IMG/VR virus record: IMGVR_UViG_3300030116_003110 | Span: 7,910 to 71,909 of that record | Origin: a virus | Length of the DNA stretch: 64,000 nucleotides | Direction: 5' to 3' (one strand) | Shown here: piece by piece, positions 55,310 to 64,000 of the stretch | Numbering within the stretch: the first letter of the stretch is position 1 | How the letters are laid out: every line of letters begins with the position of its first letter | The notes under the pieces: model-generated | What the model saw: the letters and a program-made list of their open reading frames with translations, nothing else | Told to the model about the DNA's origin: nothing | Databases searched by the model: none | Made by a program: the position numbers and the translations under genes

Positions 55310-56377
55310 ATGGCTTACGATTTTTTCCCAAAAACTGAATCTGAAATTGTAGAAAAAGTTGGCGACATATTCCCGGCAGAGAATGTGTCTGATATTGTAA
55401 GTGTATTTACTACTCTAAAAGAAGGATTTAAAGGTTTAGAAACACCGATCAACATTGATCTAAAAAAACCTAGTATGGTAAATGTCAGTAGAGCTTTGCA
55501 AGGCGATATAACTATCCCTAGACTAAAGACTCAGGCTAAAGTTAAAAAAATTAATATGAAGTTTGGTAATGGTTCTTCTGGTAACCGTGGTATTGCAAAT
55601 AGGGGAAATCTTTTTGAACCACAGTTTGCTAATGCATTGATTGAATGGTATGAGGGAAAACCAGTTGGTGATGCAAAAGTGCTTGCTGCAATTGAGCATT
55701 TAGACAAAACTCACGGTATTAAAAAATCTAAAAAGTTTGTTGTAAAAGAGGAAGGTGCAGAAAACACAAGGCGTCCATTAAAGTTTGGTTCTAGGATTGT
55801 TCTTGATAACCCAAAAGGACAGGGCAATGATGTAGGCAAGTCTGTAACTGATATTACTCTTGAACTAGATAATGGTCCGGTCTATCTTAGTTTAAAACTT
55901 GGAACAACTACAACTTTTTTCAACGTTGGTGTAAAAACTATCCTATCAAAAGATGAAATCCAGAAAGGTATGATAACTAATCAGGATGGATTAAAACTTC
56001 TTGAGTTGTTTGGTATCAGTCCAACAGATTTCTGTAAAGTATTTAATGGGACTTTAGGTCAAGGATACTCTCAACAAAATGTTCAATATAATCCTGTTAT
56101 GATGAAAGCACTTTTAGAAAGTGGCATTGGATATGGATATCATATTATTCACAAGTTAGCAGGTAGAGTTGTCAGTAAAAATATGGATCAGCAAGCTATG
56201 AAACGTGCTGCTAATGTTGGCACTTTGACAACATACTATGGTGGTAAAACTGGTACAGGTAAACGTATTGATATGGAGTTTGCATCTCCTACCTATAAGT
56301 TCAAGATAAATATCCGTGATACTCAAGGTGGTGATGGATACCCAACTCGTATGATGTGTGATTTTACTTATGTCTAA
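55310..56377 (+). CDS. Putative PD-(D/E)xK-like endonuclease
   Basis: RGNLFE...TDITL...YLSLK variant catalytic pattern. Confidence 0.5.
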   Translation: MAYDFFPKTESEIVEKVGDIFPAENVSDIVSVFTTLKEGFKGLETPINIDLKKPSMVNVSRALQGDITIPRLKTQAKVKKINMKFGNGSSGNRGIANRGNLFEPQFANALIEWYEGKPVGDAKVLAAIEHLDKTHGIKKSKKFVVKEEGAENTRRPLKFGSRIVLDNPKGQGNDVGKSVTDITLELDNGPVYLSLKLGTTTTFFNVGVKTILSKDEIQKGMITNQDGLKLLELFGISPTDFCKVFNGTLGQGYSQQNVQYNPVMMKALLESGIGYGYHIIHKLAGRVVSKNMDQQAMKRAANVGTLTTYYGGKTGTGKRIDMEFASPTYKFKINIRDTQGGDGYPTRMMCDFTYV

Positions 56378-56903
56378 TAAAGTTATCATTGTTGATAATG
56401 TTTATGATCAAGAAGATATTAAAAAAAATGAGAGAATTATACAGTCTCATGCCCGGTGGACTTATAGTCATTCATCTAACTCTGGTGAAGAAGATGGTGT
56501 AACATTTTTTATATCTGAACTAGATCATGATGAATGTTTTTTAACAAAGCAAATCATCACAGATTTTTTCTTAGAAGCAAATGTAAAATTAGTAAGTAGA
56601 CCACCTGATGCATATTTGAATGGTCAAACATATGGGTTAGACGGAACTTGGCACACAGATCATGATGAATTAGAAGATAGACATACACTGTTGTACATGG
56701 TGAATAGTGGAAACACTGAAAAAATTGGTGACTTTCAGTATATTGATCCATCTAATAAAGGATATATTGAAACTGTAGAGTTTAAACCGGGGAGACTTGT
56801 TTTATTCCCTTCTCATTGGGCCCATAGAGGATTAGCTCCAACGACAAAAAATAAAATGAGAATAACTTTAGCGTACAAAGTTATGGAAGTTGAATTCTTA
56901 TAA
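56370..56903 (+). CDS. 2OG-Fe(II) oxygenase
   Basis: WHTD, PGRLVLFPS, HRG, RITLAYK. Confidence 0.85.
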   Translation: MSNKVIIVDNVYDQEDIKKNERIIQSHARWTYSHSSNSGEEDGVTFFISELDHDECFLTKQIITDFFLEANVKLVSRPPDAYLNGQTYGLDGTWHTDHDELEDRHTLLYMVNSGNTEKIGDFQYIDPSNKGYIETVEFKPGRLVLFPSHWAHRGLAPTTKNKMRITLAYKVMEVEFL

Positions 56904-56906
56904 ATA
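56899..56906 (+). promoter_or_regulatory. T4-type late promoter
   Basis: Exact TATAAATA before the late cluster. Confidence 0.8.
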
Positions 56907-56939
56907 TATCTAAAATAACTTAATCTCATGGGATAACTG

Positions 56940-57644
56940 ATGGCTAACAGATACTTTGACAACTCGCAATTAGCAGAAGCAGTTCGCATTGCTAGTGGTC
57001 AGACCAAAGGTGTTTCTCACATCAATAAGTTTGGTTTTGGTGATGCAACTACTGCATCTACTACTGTATGGGATGGTGACAGCAACTATGCATATCCATC
57101 TGTAGCAGATTTTGCAACTGTTACAACAGCTGGGGCTGACTCTGGCTCAGTAGTAGAAATTCAAGGGTTGGATAGTAACTATGCATTAGTGTCGGAGAGT
57201 ATTACAGGAACCTCTTCTGGTGCAACAGGCACACAACCTTTCCTAAGAGTATTTCGGGCGACCATTACTAGTGATGCTGGTACTAATGCTTCTGATGTTA
57301 CAATCTCTGTTGATAACAAAGATGCTGCTATTATTTCAGCAGGTGAGGGCCAAACACTCATGGCAGTCTATACTGTCCCTGCAAATAAAACTGCATATTT
57401 AGATAACGTCCATGCAGCTCCAACAAAAAAAGATAATGATACAATTATTACCTTGACAGCAAGACCTTTTGGTGGTATATTTAACACTAAGGGTAAGTTT
57501 GCTTCTTCTGGTGATGCTATTCATTATGACTATCACGTTCCACTCAAGTTTGATGAAAAGACTGATATTGAAATTAAAGCCGAGAACCAAGCTGCTTCTG
57601 GACAAATCGCTGCATTGTTTGATTTAATTATTCTGGATAACTAA
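56940..57644 (+). CDS. Beta-rich protein, probably virion structural
   Basis: Late promoter; Ser/Thr/Ala/Gly-rich; INKFG, QGLD, QTLMAVYTVPA, EKTDIEI. Confidence 0.55.
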   Translation: MANRYFDNSQLAEAVRIASGQTKGVSHINKFGFGDATTASTTVWDGDSNYAYPSVADFATVTTAGADSGSVVEIQGLDSNYALVSESITGTSSGATGTQPFLRVFRATITSDAGTNASDVTISVDNKDAAIISAGEGQTLMAVYTVPANKTAYLDNVHAAPTKKDNDTIITLTARPFGGIFNTKGKFASSGDAIHYDYHVPLKFDEKTDIEIKAENQAASGQIAALFDLIILDN

Positions 57645-57650
57645 TAACTA

Positions 57651-58871
57651 ATGCAATCATTCAAGCAATTTATCGCAGAACAAAAAAATACACACATGAC
57701 TCATATTGAGGACAAGGTTCTCTATGGTGGTGTGAATGGTACACGGGATGCAATCAATGCATTGCGTTCCCTGCGTGATATGCTGGCTGGCGTTGACAAA
57801 GGCAATGTCAGTGTAAAATGGGATGGCGCTCCTGCTATCTTTGCTGGGACTGATCCTAGAGACGGAAAGTTCTTTGTAGCAAAGAAAGGTATCTTCAACA
57901 AAAATCCTAAAGTATATAAGACAGACGCAGACATTGATGCTGACACTTCTGGTGACTTAGCAACAAAACTGAAGTTGTCTTTAAAACATTTTGCCAATCT
58001 TGGTATTAAAGGAGTCATTCAAGGTGATTTACTTTTTACAAAATCTGATCTCAAATCCGAAAAGATCGCTGGAGTGGATTACATCACGTTTCACCCTAAT
58101 ACAATTGTCTATGCTGTCCAAAAGGGTAGCAAGGATGCAGAAGAAGTTAGAAAAGCAGAAATCGGCGTAGTCTGGCATACTACATACACTGGTGATGACT
58201 TTGAAAGCATGAAAGCAAACTATGGGGTAAATGTGCAACAGTTGAAAAAAACCTCAAAGGTTTGGCAACAGGACGCTATGCTGCGTGACTTATCCAACAC
58301 AGCTAGTCTATCTGCAAAAGAAACAGATAGAGTGAATGCGCACCTGACCCGTGCTGGTAAACTCTTCAATGATATCTCTGGTTCGACTCTCAGAACTTTA
58401 GAGCAAGATCAACAGCTTGCACAACTTATTGAACAATTTGGTAATACTTTTGTTCGTAGTAATACAGTCATTTCTGATACTGAACAGCATGTCCGCAATC
58501 TCATAAAGTGGATTGAAAATAAGTACCAGAAAGAGATTGATAAAAGAAAATCTGAAAAGGGAAAGCAAACTCAGAGAGATGCTTTGTCTAAAATCCTGAA
58601 ATTCTTCTCAAAGGAGAATAAAAGAAGTCTTAAAAAGATGTTTGATCTACAAAAGGCTATTGTTTCTGCGAAACTTATCCTTATAAATAAAATGAATAGT
58701 ATTAAACGTGTTAAGACTTTTTTACTTACAACTAACGGGTTTAGGTCAACTGAACCTGAAGGTTACGTCGCTATTGATAAACTAGGTGACAATGCTGTCA
58801 AACTAGTAAATCGTTATGAATTTTCAACTAATAACTTTGACCCAACGATTCTAAAGGGTTGGAGTAAATAA
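57651..58871 (+). CDS. DUF6267-like protein with covalent nucleotidyltransferase (ligase) motifs
   Basis: KWDG (motif I), QGD, PEGYV, AVKLV; N-terminus MQSFKQFIAE. Confidence 0.65.
   Translation: MQSFKQFIAEQKNTHMTHIEDKVLYGGVNGTRDAINALRSLRDMLAGVDKGNVSVKWDGAPAIFAGTDPRDGKFFVAKKGIFNKNPKVYKTDADIDADTSGDLATKLKLSLKHFANLGIKGVIQGDLLFTKSDLKSEKIAGVDYITFHPNTIVYAVQKGSKDAEEVRKAEIGVVWHTTYTGDDFESMKANYGVNVQQLKKTSKVWQQDAMLRDLSNTASLSAKETDRVNAHLTRAGKLFNDISGSTLRTLEQDQQLAQLIEQFGNTFVRSNTVISDTEQHVRNLIKWIENKYQKEIDKRKSEKGKQTQRDALSKILKFFSKENKRSLKKMFDLQKAIVSAKLILINKMNSIKRVKTFLLTTNGFRSTEPEGYVAIDKLGDNAVKLVNRYEFSTNNFDPTILKGWSK
58682..58689 (+). promoter_or_regulatory. Intragenic late promoter upstream of the porin-like gene
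   Basis: Exact TATAAATA about 200 nt before the ATG. Confidence 0.55.
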
Positions 58872-58886
58872 AGAGGAACGTTATAG

Positions 58887-59522
58887 ATGAAATATCTTAT
58901 TTCCGCAATTGTAGCTCTTGCTGTAGCTACTCCTGCAATTGCTCAAGAAGGTGCCAGTGAATCCGCTCTTATGTCCAACGCAACCGTAGGCGTATCTACT
59001 GACTTAGAAGGTAACGCAGACTGGACGCTGGGTGCAGAGTTAGGAATTGGCGGATTCGGTGTAGATGCAGGCTTCACACTTCAAGACCGTGGTGACAATG
59101 CTGCTGATGACTATGCAATTAGTCTTGGTACAGGCATGGACCTTGGTTTTGCTTCCCTTGATACCAGCATTGGTTACGCTTGGGGTGCAACTTCCGGCGC
59201 AGACCTGATTGGTCGTGGTGACGGCAATACTTGGGGTGATGTAACTCTTGACCCAACACTGTCCATTACTCCCGGCATTATTGGTGGTGAGTACATTTGG
59301 GTAGGTGGTTCTATGGACCTCGCTTCTGACGGCGAAATCGCTGTTGGCTGGGGCGGTGCTTCCTACGGATTTGGTTACGAGCATGCACTGAACGATAAGG
59401 CTTCCGTATCGGTTAGCTACGGTTGGTCTGTAGATGTGGTTGACGATGGTGACGACACTACCGTTAATGACTGGACCACTACCGCTGATGGTCTGAAAGT
59501 TGGCGTAGGCTTCAAGTTCTAA
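58887..59522 (+). CDS. Outer-membrane beta-barrel (porin-like) protein
   Basis: Signal peptide ending AIA, alternating amphipathic strands, C-terminal GLKVGVGFKF. Confidence 0.85.
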   Translation: MKYLISAIVALAVATPAIAQEGASESALMSNATVGVSTDLEGNADWTLGAELGIGGFGVDAGFTLQDRGDNAADDYAISLGTGMDLGFASLDTSIGYAWGATSGADLIGRGDGNTWGDVTLDPTLSITPGIIGGEYIWVGGSMDLASDGEIAVGWGGASYGFGYEHALNDKASVSVSYGWSVDVVDDGDDTTVNDWTTTADGLKVGVGFKF

Positions 59523-59523
59523 A

Positions 59524-59916
59524 ATGATTGGGTTTAAAGACTTCCTCTCCGTTTTATCTGAGGCTTCCTCTCCTAGTGAGGGGGAGTCTTTACCCATTTC
59601 TGAAGTCCTGTCTTTTCAAGGCAGACGAAAAAAGTCTATTGCTTTACGAAGACGTAAGCAACAGATTCAAAGACAAAGAAAAATTGCTCTAAAACGTCCT
59701 GCATCTCTTGATCGACTCAAAAGAAGGGGACGTAAATCTGCCAGAGATGTATTGACAAAGAGATACTATGGTGGTAAAACTAGAAGAGATATGAGCATTT
59801 CTCAGAAACAACGTGTAGAAAAACGTCTAGATAAAGCAAAGAGAGTTACTGGTATTATCTCAAAGAGACTGCTACCAAGTAAACGTAAGCTGGACGTTCA
59901 AAGAAGACGTGGGTAG
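59524..59916 (+). CDS. Highly basic protein with capsid-targeting-like N-terminus
   Basis: MIGFKDFL..LSE; Arg/Lys-rich body. Confidence 0.7.
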   Translation: MIGFKDFLSVLSEASSPSEGESLPISEVLSFQGRRKKSIALRRRKQQIQRQRKIALKRPASLDRLKRRGRKSARDVLTKRYYGGKTRRDMSISQKQRVEKRLDKAKRVTGIISKRLLPSKRKLDVQRRRG

Positions 59917-59919
59917 ATC

Positions 59920-61740
59920 ATGGTTAGTGGATTTAAACAGTATCTGGAAGAAAAATCTTCTGTAGGATATTTTGCATTTGGTAGGTTCAATCCGCCTACT
60001 ACTGGACATGAAAAACTTATTACAAAAGTCGCCTCTTTAGCAAGGGGTAATGACTATAAGATTTTTGCATCCCAATCGGTTGATGCCAAGAAAAATCCTT
60101 TAGAGTATAGAACAAAAGTAAAGTTCATGCGTAAGATGTTTCCCAAGTATGCACGGAACATCATCATGGAAACTTCTGTCAAAAACTTCCTTGATGCAAC
60201 TATGTACATGTACAAGCAAGGATACAAAAACCTTGTTATGGTTGCTGGGGATGACAGAGTACAAGAATTTCAAAAACTCCTTACCAAATACAATGGTGTA
60301 GATTCACGTCATGGTAAGTATGAGTTTGACTCCATCAAAGTTGTATCTGCTGGCGAGCGTGACCCTGATGCAGATGATGTAACAGGTATGTCTGCTTCCA
60401 AGCAAAGAGAGAATGCAAAGAACAATGACTTTGCCAAGTTTTCTCAAGGTCTTCCAAAAGGCGTATCTGATCAGTTAGCAAAGCAACTGTTCAATGCTGT
60501 TCGCAAAGGAATGAACCTTAATGAAAATACAACATTTACTAGACATATTATGTTGGAGACAGTTTCAGAAAGACGTGAGGACTATGTTAACGGCGAATTA
60601 TTTACTGTCGGCCAGCAAGTTGTACTAAAAGAAACAGACGAAGTTGTAACTATTGATCATTGTGGCGCAAACTATCTTATTGTAGAAGTAGATGGTAAGA
60701 AGAAACGTAAGTGGTTGACTGATGTAGAACCACTAGAAGAAAAAGTTTCTCAGTCACAAATCAATGACTTAGAAAGATTTGCTGATAAATTACTTGCAAA
60801 GTATGATATTGATATTGAGTTTACTAGACACTTTGTTGACAGAGTAAACGACGCAAGAAATAATCCTGAGATTAAGATTGCAGAACTACAGAAGTTCTTC
60901 AAGAAAATCCATAAGGCAAAAGGTAATAAAATCAAATCTGTAGGTGATATGCAGGCTGTTCTCAAAGATGTTGAGAAAGACCTAAATATTCCTGCTGTTC
61001 TTCAAGACAAAGGAAAGGATTTTGAAGTGAGATTTAAAACAATCATGAGAAAAAAAGACTTCAAGACTCCTAATAAGGTCATTACATATGAGCAAAAGGT
61101 TGCACAAGACCCTGATGTAAAAGACAAAAAGGGTACACAACCTAAGAAGTATTATTCTGGTTTAGCAAAGTCTACTAAGTCTGCTAGAGATGCACACTTT
61201 AAGAAGGGTGCTAAGATGGATGATGACAATCCAGCAGCGTACAAGCCAGCACCGGGCGACAAAGAAGCAGAGACTAAACCTTCCAAGTACACAAAGAAGT
61301 TTAAGCAGATGTATGGTGAGGCAGTTTCTCCTGCACAGCAGGCTGCTATTGCCATTTCTAAAAAAGAACGTGGTGAGAAACCAAAGAATGAAGGTGATGG
61401 TCTTTGGGCAAACATTCATAAGAAACGCAAAGAAGGTCGTCCTATGCGTAAACCCGGTTCAAAAGGCGCACCTACTGCACAAGACTTCAAGAATGCTAGA
61501 GGCGAAGAAACCATGAATGAAGAGGAAAAGAAAGGACTTGCTGCTAAGGCAGAAAAGTCTGGCGTTTCTCTGAGCATTCTTAAGCAAGTATACAACCGTG
61601 GCATGGCTGCGTGGAGAACTGGACACAGACCCGGCACAACTCCGCAGCAATGGGGCATGGCTAGAGTTAATTCGTTCTTAACAGGTGGTAAGACTAGACG
61701 TACCGCAGATAAAGATTTATGGGCAAAGGTGAAAAAGTAA
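59920..61740 (+). CDS. HxGH-type cytidylyltransferase-like protein with multiple C-terminal modules (last one DUF5824-like)
   Basis: FGRFNPPTTGHEKL, KNPL, VAGDDR, SAGERDPD..GMSAS; C-terminal VYNRGMAAW..GHRPG..QWGMARVNSF. Confidence 0.8.
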   Translation: MVSGFKQYLEEKSSVGYFAFGRFNPPTTGHEKLITKVASLARGNDYKIFASQSVDAKKNPLEYRTKVKFMRKMFPKYARNIIMETSVKNFLDATMYMYKQGYKNLVMVAGDDRVQEFQKLLTKYNGVDSRHGKYEFDSIKVVSAGERDPDADDVTGMSASKQRENAKNNDFAKFSQGLPKGVSDQLAKQLFNAVRKGMNLNENTTFTRHIMLETVSERREDYVNGELFTVGQQVVLKETDEVVTIDHCGANYLIVEVDGKKKRKWLTDVEPLEEKVSQSQINDLERFADKLLAKYDIDIEFTRHFVDRVNDARNNPEIKIAELQKFFKKIHKAKGNKIKSVGDMQAVLKDVEKDLNIPAVLQDKGKDFEVRFKTIMRKKDFKTPNKVITYEQKVAQDPDVKDKKGTQPKKYYSGLAKSTKSARDAHFKKGAKMDDDNPAAYKPAPGDKEAETKPSKYTKKFKQMYGEAVSPAQQAAIAISKKERGEKPKNEGDGLWANIHKKRKEGRPMRKPGSKGAPTAQDFKNARGEETMNEEEKKGLAAKAEKSGVSLSILKQVYNRGMAAWRTGHRPGTTPQQWGMARVNSFLTGGKTRRTADKDLWAKVKK

Positions 61741-61741
61741 A

Positions 61742-62461
61742 ATGAACTTTCTTGATATTGATGTACTTAATGAAATCGCTGAAAAAAATCATGACAATTA
61801 TGTAAATGCAGACCCCTTTCCGCATATTGTGCTAAAGGGTTTATTTAATGATGATGACCTAAAAGAATGCGCAGATGAGTTTGCTACTATGCGGCCTAGG
61901 ATGACTGCAAAGAATGGGAACAATACTGTACAAAAGTATTCTTTTAATAGGGTTGAGAATGCATATGAAAAGTTTGAACCTAAAACACAGCAAATTGTAG
62001 ATGATCTAAATAGTAAAGAGTTTTTACAGTTTTTAGAAAAACTGACTGGTATTGATGATCTAGAAAATGACCCTATGTTTGAGGGTGGTGGACCACATGA
62101 AATTTTGACAGGTGGTTTTTTGAAGATGCATGTTGATTTTAATTTACATCATTTTACAAAGCAACAGAGAAAGTTGAACTTACTTTTATATTTAAATGAT
62201 GATTGGAAAGCATCTTGGGGTGGTGAACTAGAACTTTGGGATACCGAATTCAAGGATATGTCAAAGTCCATCAAACCAAATATTAATACTATGGTGATCT
62301 TTTCTACTACAGATAATTCTTGGCATGGTCACCCTGACCCCCTGAATTGTCCACAAGGAAAGTCTAGAAAAAGTTTGGCACTATACTATTACAATCCGCC
62401 TTCTGACAAAAAGATTAAGGCACACACAACCATTTATAAAAAGAGGATGTTCAAGGACTGA
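61742..62461 (+). CDS. 2OG-Fe(II) oxygenase
   Basis: PFPHIV, HVDFN, LLYLN..W...WGGELELW, SWHG, RKSLALYYY. Confidence 0.9.
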   Translation: MNFLDIDVLNEIAEKNHDNYVNADPFPHIVLKGLFNDDDLKECADEFATMRPRMTAKNGNNTVQKYSFNRVENAYEKFEPKTQQIVDDLNSKEFLQFLEKLTGIDDLENDPMFEGGGPHEILTGGFLKMHVDFNLHHFTKQQRKLNLLLYLNDDWKASWGGELELWDTEFKDMSKSIKPNINTMVIFSTTDNSWHGHPDPLNCPQGKSRKSLALYYYNPPSDKKIKAHTTIYKKRMFKD

Positions 62462-63576
62462 TGATCACTCTTAGAGAACTAAAAGAAAAAGCTGTATCCA
62501 AACAGCAGCAAAAATTAATGGGTCTGGCACTCGCATATAAGCGTGGTGATGTACCAGAAGATGAAGTGTCTGATACAGTCAGAGACTTGGCAAAGTCTAT
62601 GTCTACTGCTGAACTGGAAAAGTTTGCAGGAACAAAGCACAAAGGTTTACCTGATAAGGTAGATGAAGGCAAGTCTTCAACAGGATATGAACTTTACCAT
62701 AGAGATTTTTCTTCTGCTATGCAGCATGCATACAAGCATGCTAAGGCAAAGCTTGGTGTAGATGTTGACCCGGATGAGATTGATAGAAAAGTTGCTATGG
62801 GGCCTCGCAAACCATCTAAGGGCAAAACAAATTCTTATCGTCTATTAGACAAAGATGGTAAAAAAGCAATTCAAGTTCAAGTTTATGGCATGGACAATGG
62901 CAAGTATGAACTGAATATGTACAAAGAGTCTGTAGATGAAGGTTACAGAGATAAGCAGGATGCTTCCTACACTGACCGTTATGCTACGGGCGGTAAAGAT
63001 ACTGCTGACATGCAGAAGCGTCGTAAGGCACTTATCCAAAAGGCAGCTGATCGTTTTAAAAAGACTGGTTCGTACACTGGTAAAAAAGAGTCTGTAGAAG
63101 AACGTTACTCTGGCAAACAGGTAAAGATGGCTATGGGTATTGCTTCTGATCCTCGTTACAAGCAAGGTAATTATACAGGTGCTGTAAACAAAATTGAAAA
63201 GATTGCAAAAGGTTTGTCTAAGCATCCATCTGTTGCTTCTTATCTCAAGAAGATGAACGAATACCTTGAGATTGGTACAGATGATATTCGTAAGACATAT
63301 GCATCTGAAACTCCCGGCCAGGAAGTTGTTAAGGAATTGGCAACAGGCACAGACAGAGCAATTGCATTAGGTGCTATTGGTGCAACTGCATATGCTGCAA
63401 AGAAAGCAAAAGATAGATTTGATCCTGTAAAAGTTGCTAAAGCAAGACAGGACCGTGCAGACAAAAGACAAGCACGTCAAGATGCTCAAGATCAAATCAG
63501 ACAACAGAACAAAGCAAGACGTGAAAGAATGAGGGACCGTTTCAAGAGTAAGCCAGCTCGGAGGCCTGCTGGATAA
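62461..63576 (+). CDS. Basic multi-module protein, probably head-internal
   Basis: AVSKQQQKLMG...FAGTKHKGLP module followed by modules separated by VDE/VEE/MNE. Confidence 0.7.
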   Translation: MITLRELKEKAVSKQQQKLMGLALAYKRGDVPEDEVSDTVRDLAKSMSTAELEKFAGTKHKGLPDKVDEGKSSTGYELYHRDFSSAMQHAYKHAKAKLGVDVDPDEIDRKVAMGPRKPSKGKTNSYRLLDKDGKKAIQVQVYGMDNGKYELNMYKESVDEGYRDKQDASYTDRYATGGKDTADMQKRRKALIQKAADRFKKTGSYTGKKESVEERYSGKQVKMAMGIASDPRYKQGNYTGAVNKIEKIAKGLSKHPSVASYLKKMNEYLEIGTDDIRKTYASETPGQEVVKELATGTDRAIALGAIGATAYAAKKAKDRFDPVKVAKARQDRADKRQARQDAQDQIRQQNKARRERMRDRFKSKPARRPAG

Positions 63577-64000
63577 TGAAATCGTTTAAGTTCTTTACTG
63601 AAGAGTTTTTAGCAGAAGAAGCACAGATGCTGATGGAGAAACTTATCACGTTCGGTGGTAAGGCATATCCTAAGTTTGGTAACGTTGTTATCATGGCTGG
63701 TGGCGCTGGTTCTGGTAAAGGATTTGTGCAAGATAGACTGGTTGGTCTAGAGGGCAAGTCTTTTGATCCTGATGAACTCAAAAAGTTGGCAGGTAAATCT
63801 ACACTGATCAATAAAAGAGTAAAAGATGAGTTTGGTGTAGACCTAAAAGACTTAGGTACTAAACTTAGAGTACCTGAAAATGTATCTAAGTTACATGAAA
63901 TTATTGGTGATGCATTGAACTTGCCAAATAGAAAGCAAGCAGCATTCTTTGGTTCTGTCATGACAGCTGCCGCTGATCGCAAACCAAATATTATTTTTGA
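63576..64000 (+). CDS. P-loop kinase-like protein (zeta-toxin/AAA_33-like), truncated by window
   Basis: MKSFKFFTEEFLAEE...VVIMAGGAGSGKGFV...FDPDE; frame stays open to the window end. Confidence 0.7.
   Translation, partial: MKSFKFFTEEFLAEEAQMLMEKLITFGGKAYPKFGNVVIMAGGAGSGKGFVQDRLVGLEGKSFDPDELKKLAGKSTLINKRVKDEFGVDLKDLGTKLRVPENVSKLHEIIGDALNLPNRKQAAFFGSVMTAAADRKPNIIF

Noticed and set aside
1-64000. Stop-codon reassignment, introns or inteins, CRISPR array, integrase
   Set aside because: Core genes are full length in the standard code with all three stops in use, show no large insertions, and no regularly spaced repeats or integrase motifs were seen.

Overview
A 64-kb segment of a large, AT-rich T4-like (myovirus) dsDNA phage, read with the standard genetic code. 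It runs from the neck/tail/packaging/head module (gp14 to gp23, gp3) through recombination and late transcription (uvsY, uvsW, gp55, gp47, gp46) and the replisome (gp45, gp44, gp62, regA, gp43, uvsX, gp41). A marine alphaproteobacterial host is suggested by a circularly permuted tmRNA of alphaproteobacterial type, a ROSE-like thermometer on hsp20, and PstS/BMP-type solute-binding proteins. Auxiliary genes include pstS plus a PiT-like transporter, a BMP binding protein, kdsA/kdsB, thyX, a peroxiredoxin, a porin-like barrel, and many single AT-rich modifying enzymes inserted between core genes. The strongest leads are four: (1) a late-expressed, nine-gene minus-strand operon of exported and membrane proteins with pilin-like and chaperone-like members (45.3-49.6 kb); (2) a two-piece tmRNA with tag ANNYVAPSRYALAA under a T4 late promoter; (3) a cluster of proteins with capsid-targeting-like N-termini (ligase-like, nucleotidyltransferase, P-loop kinase), two of which look like protease-cleavable polyproteins; (4) an orphan perfect antisense promoter upstream of gp55. 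All family assignments come from motif recognition and gene order; no database searches were run.
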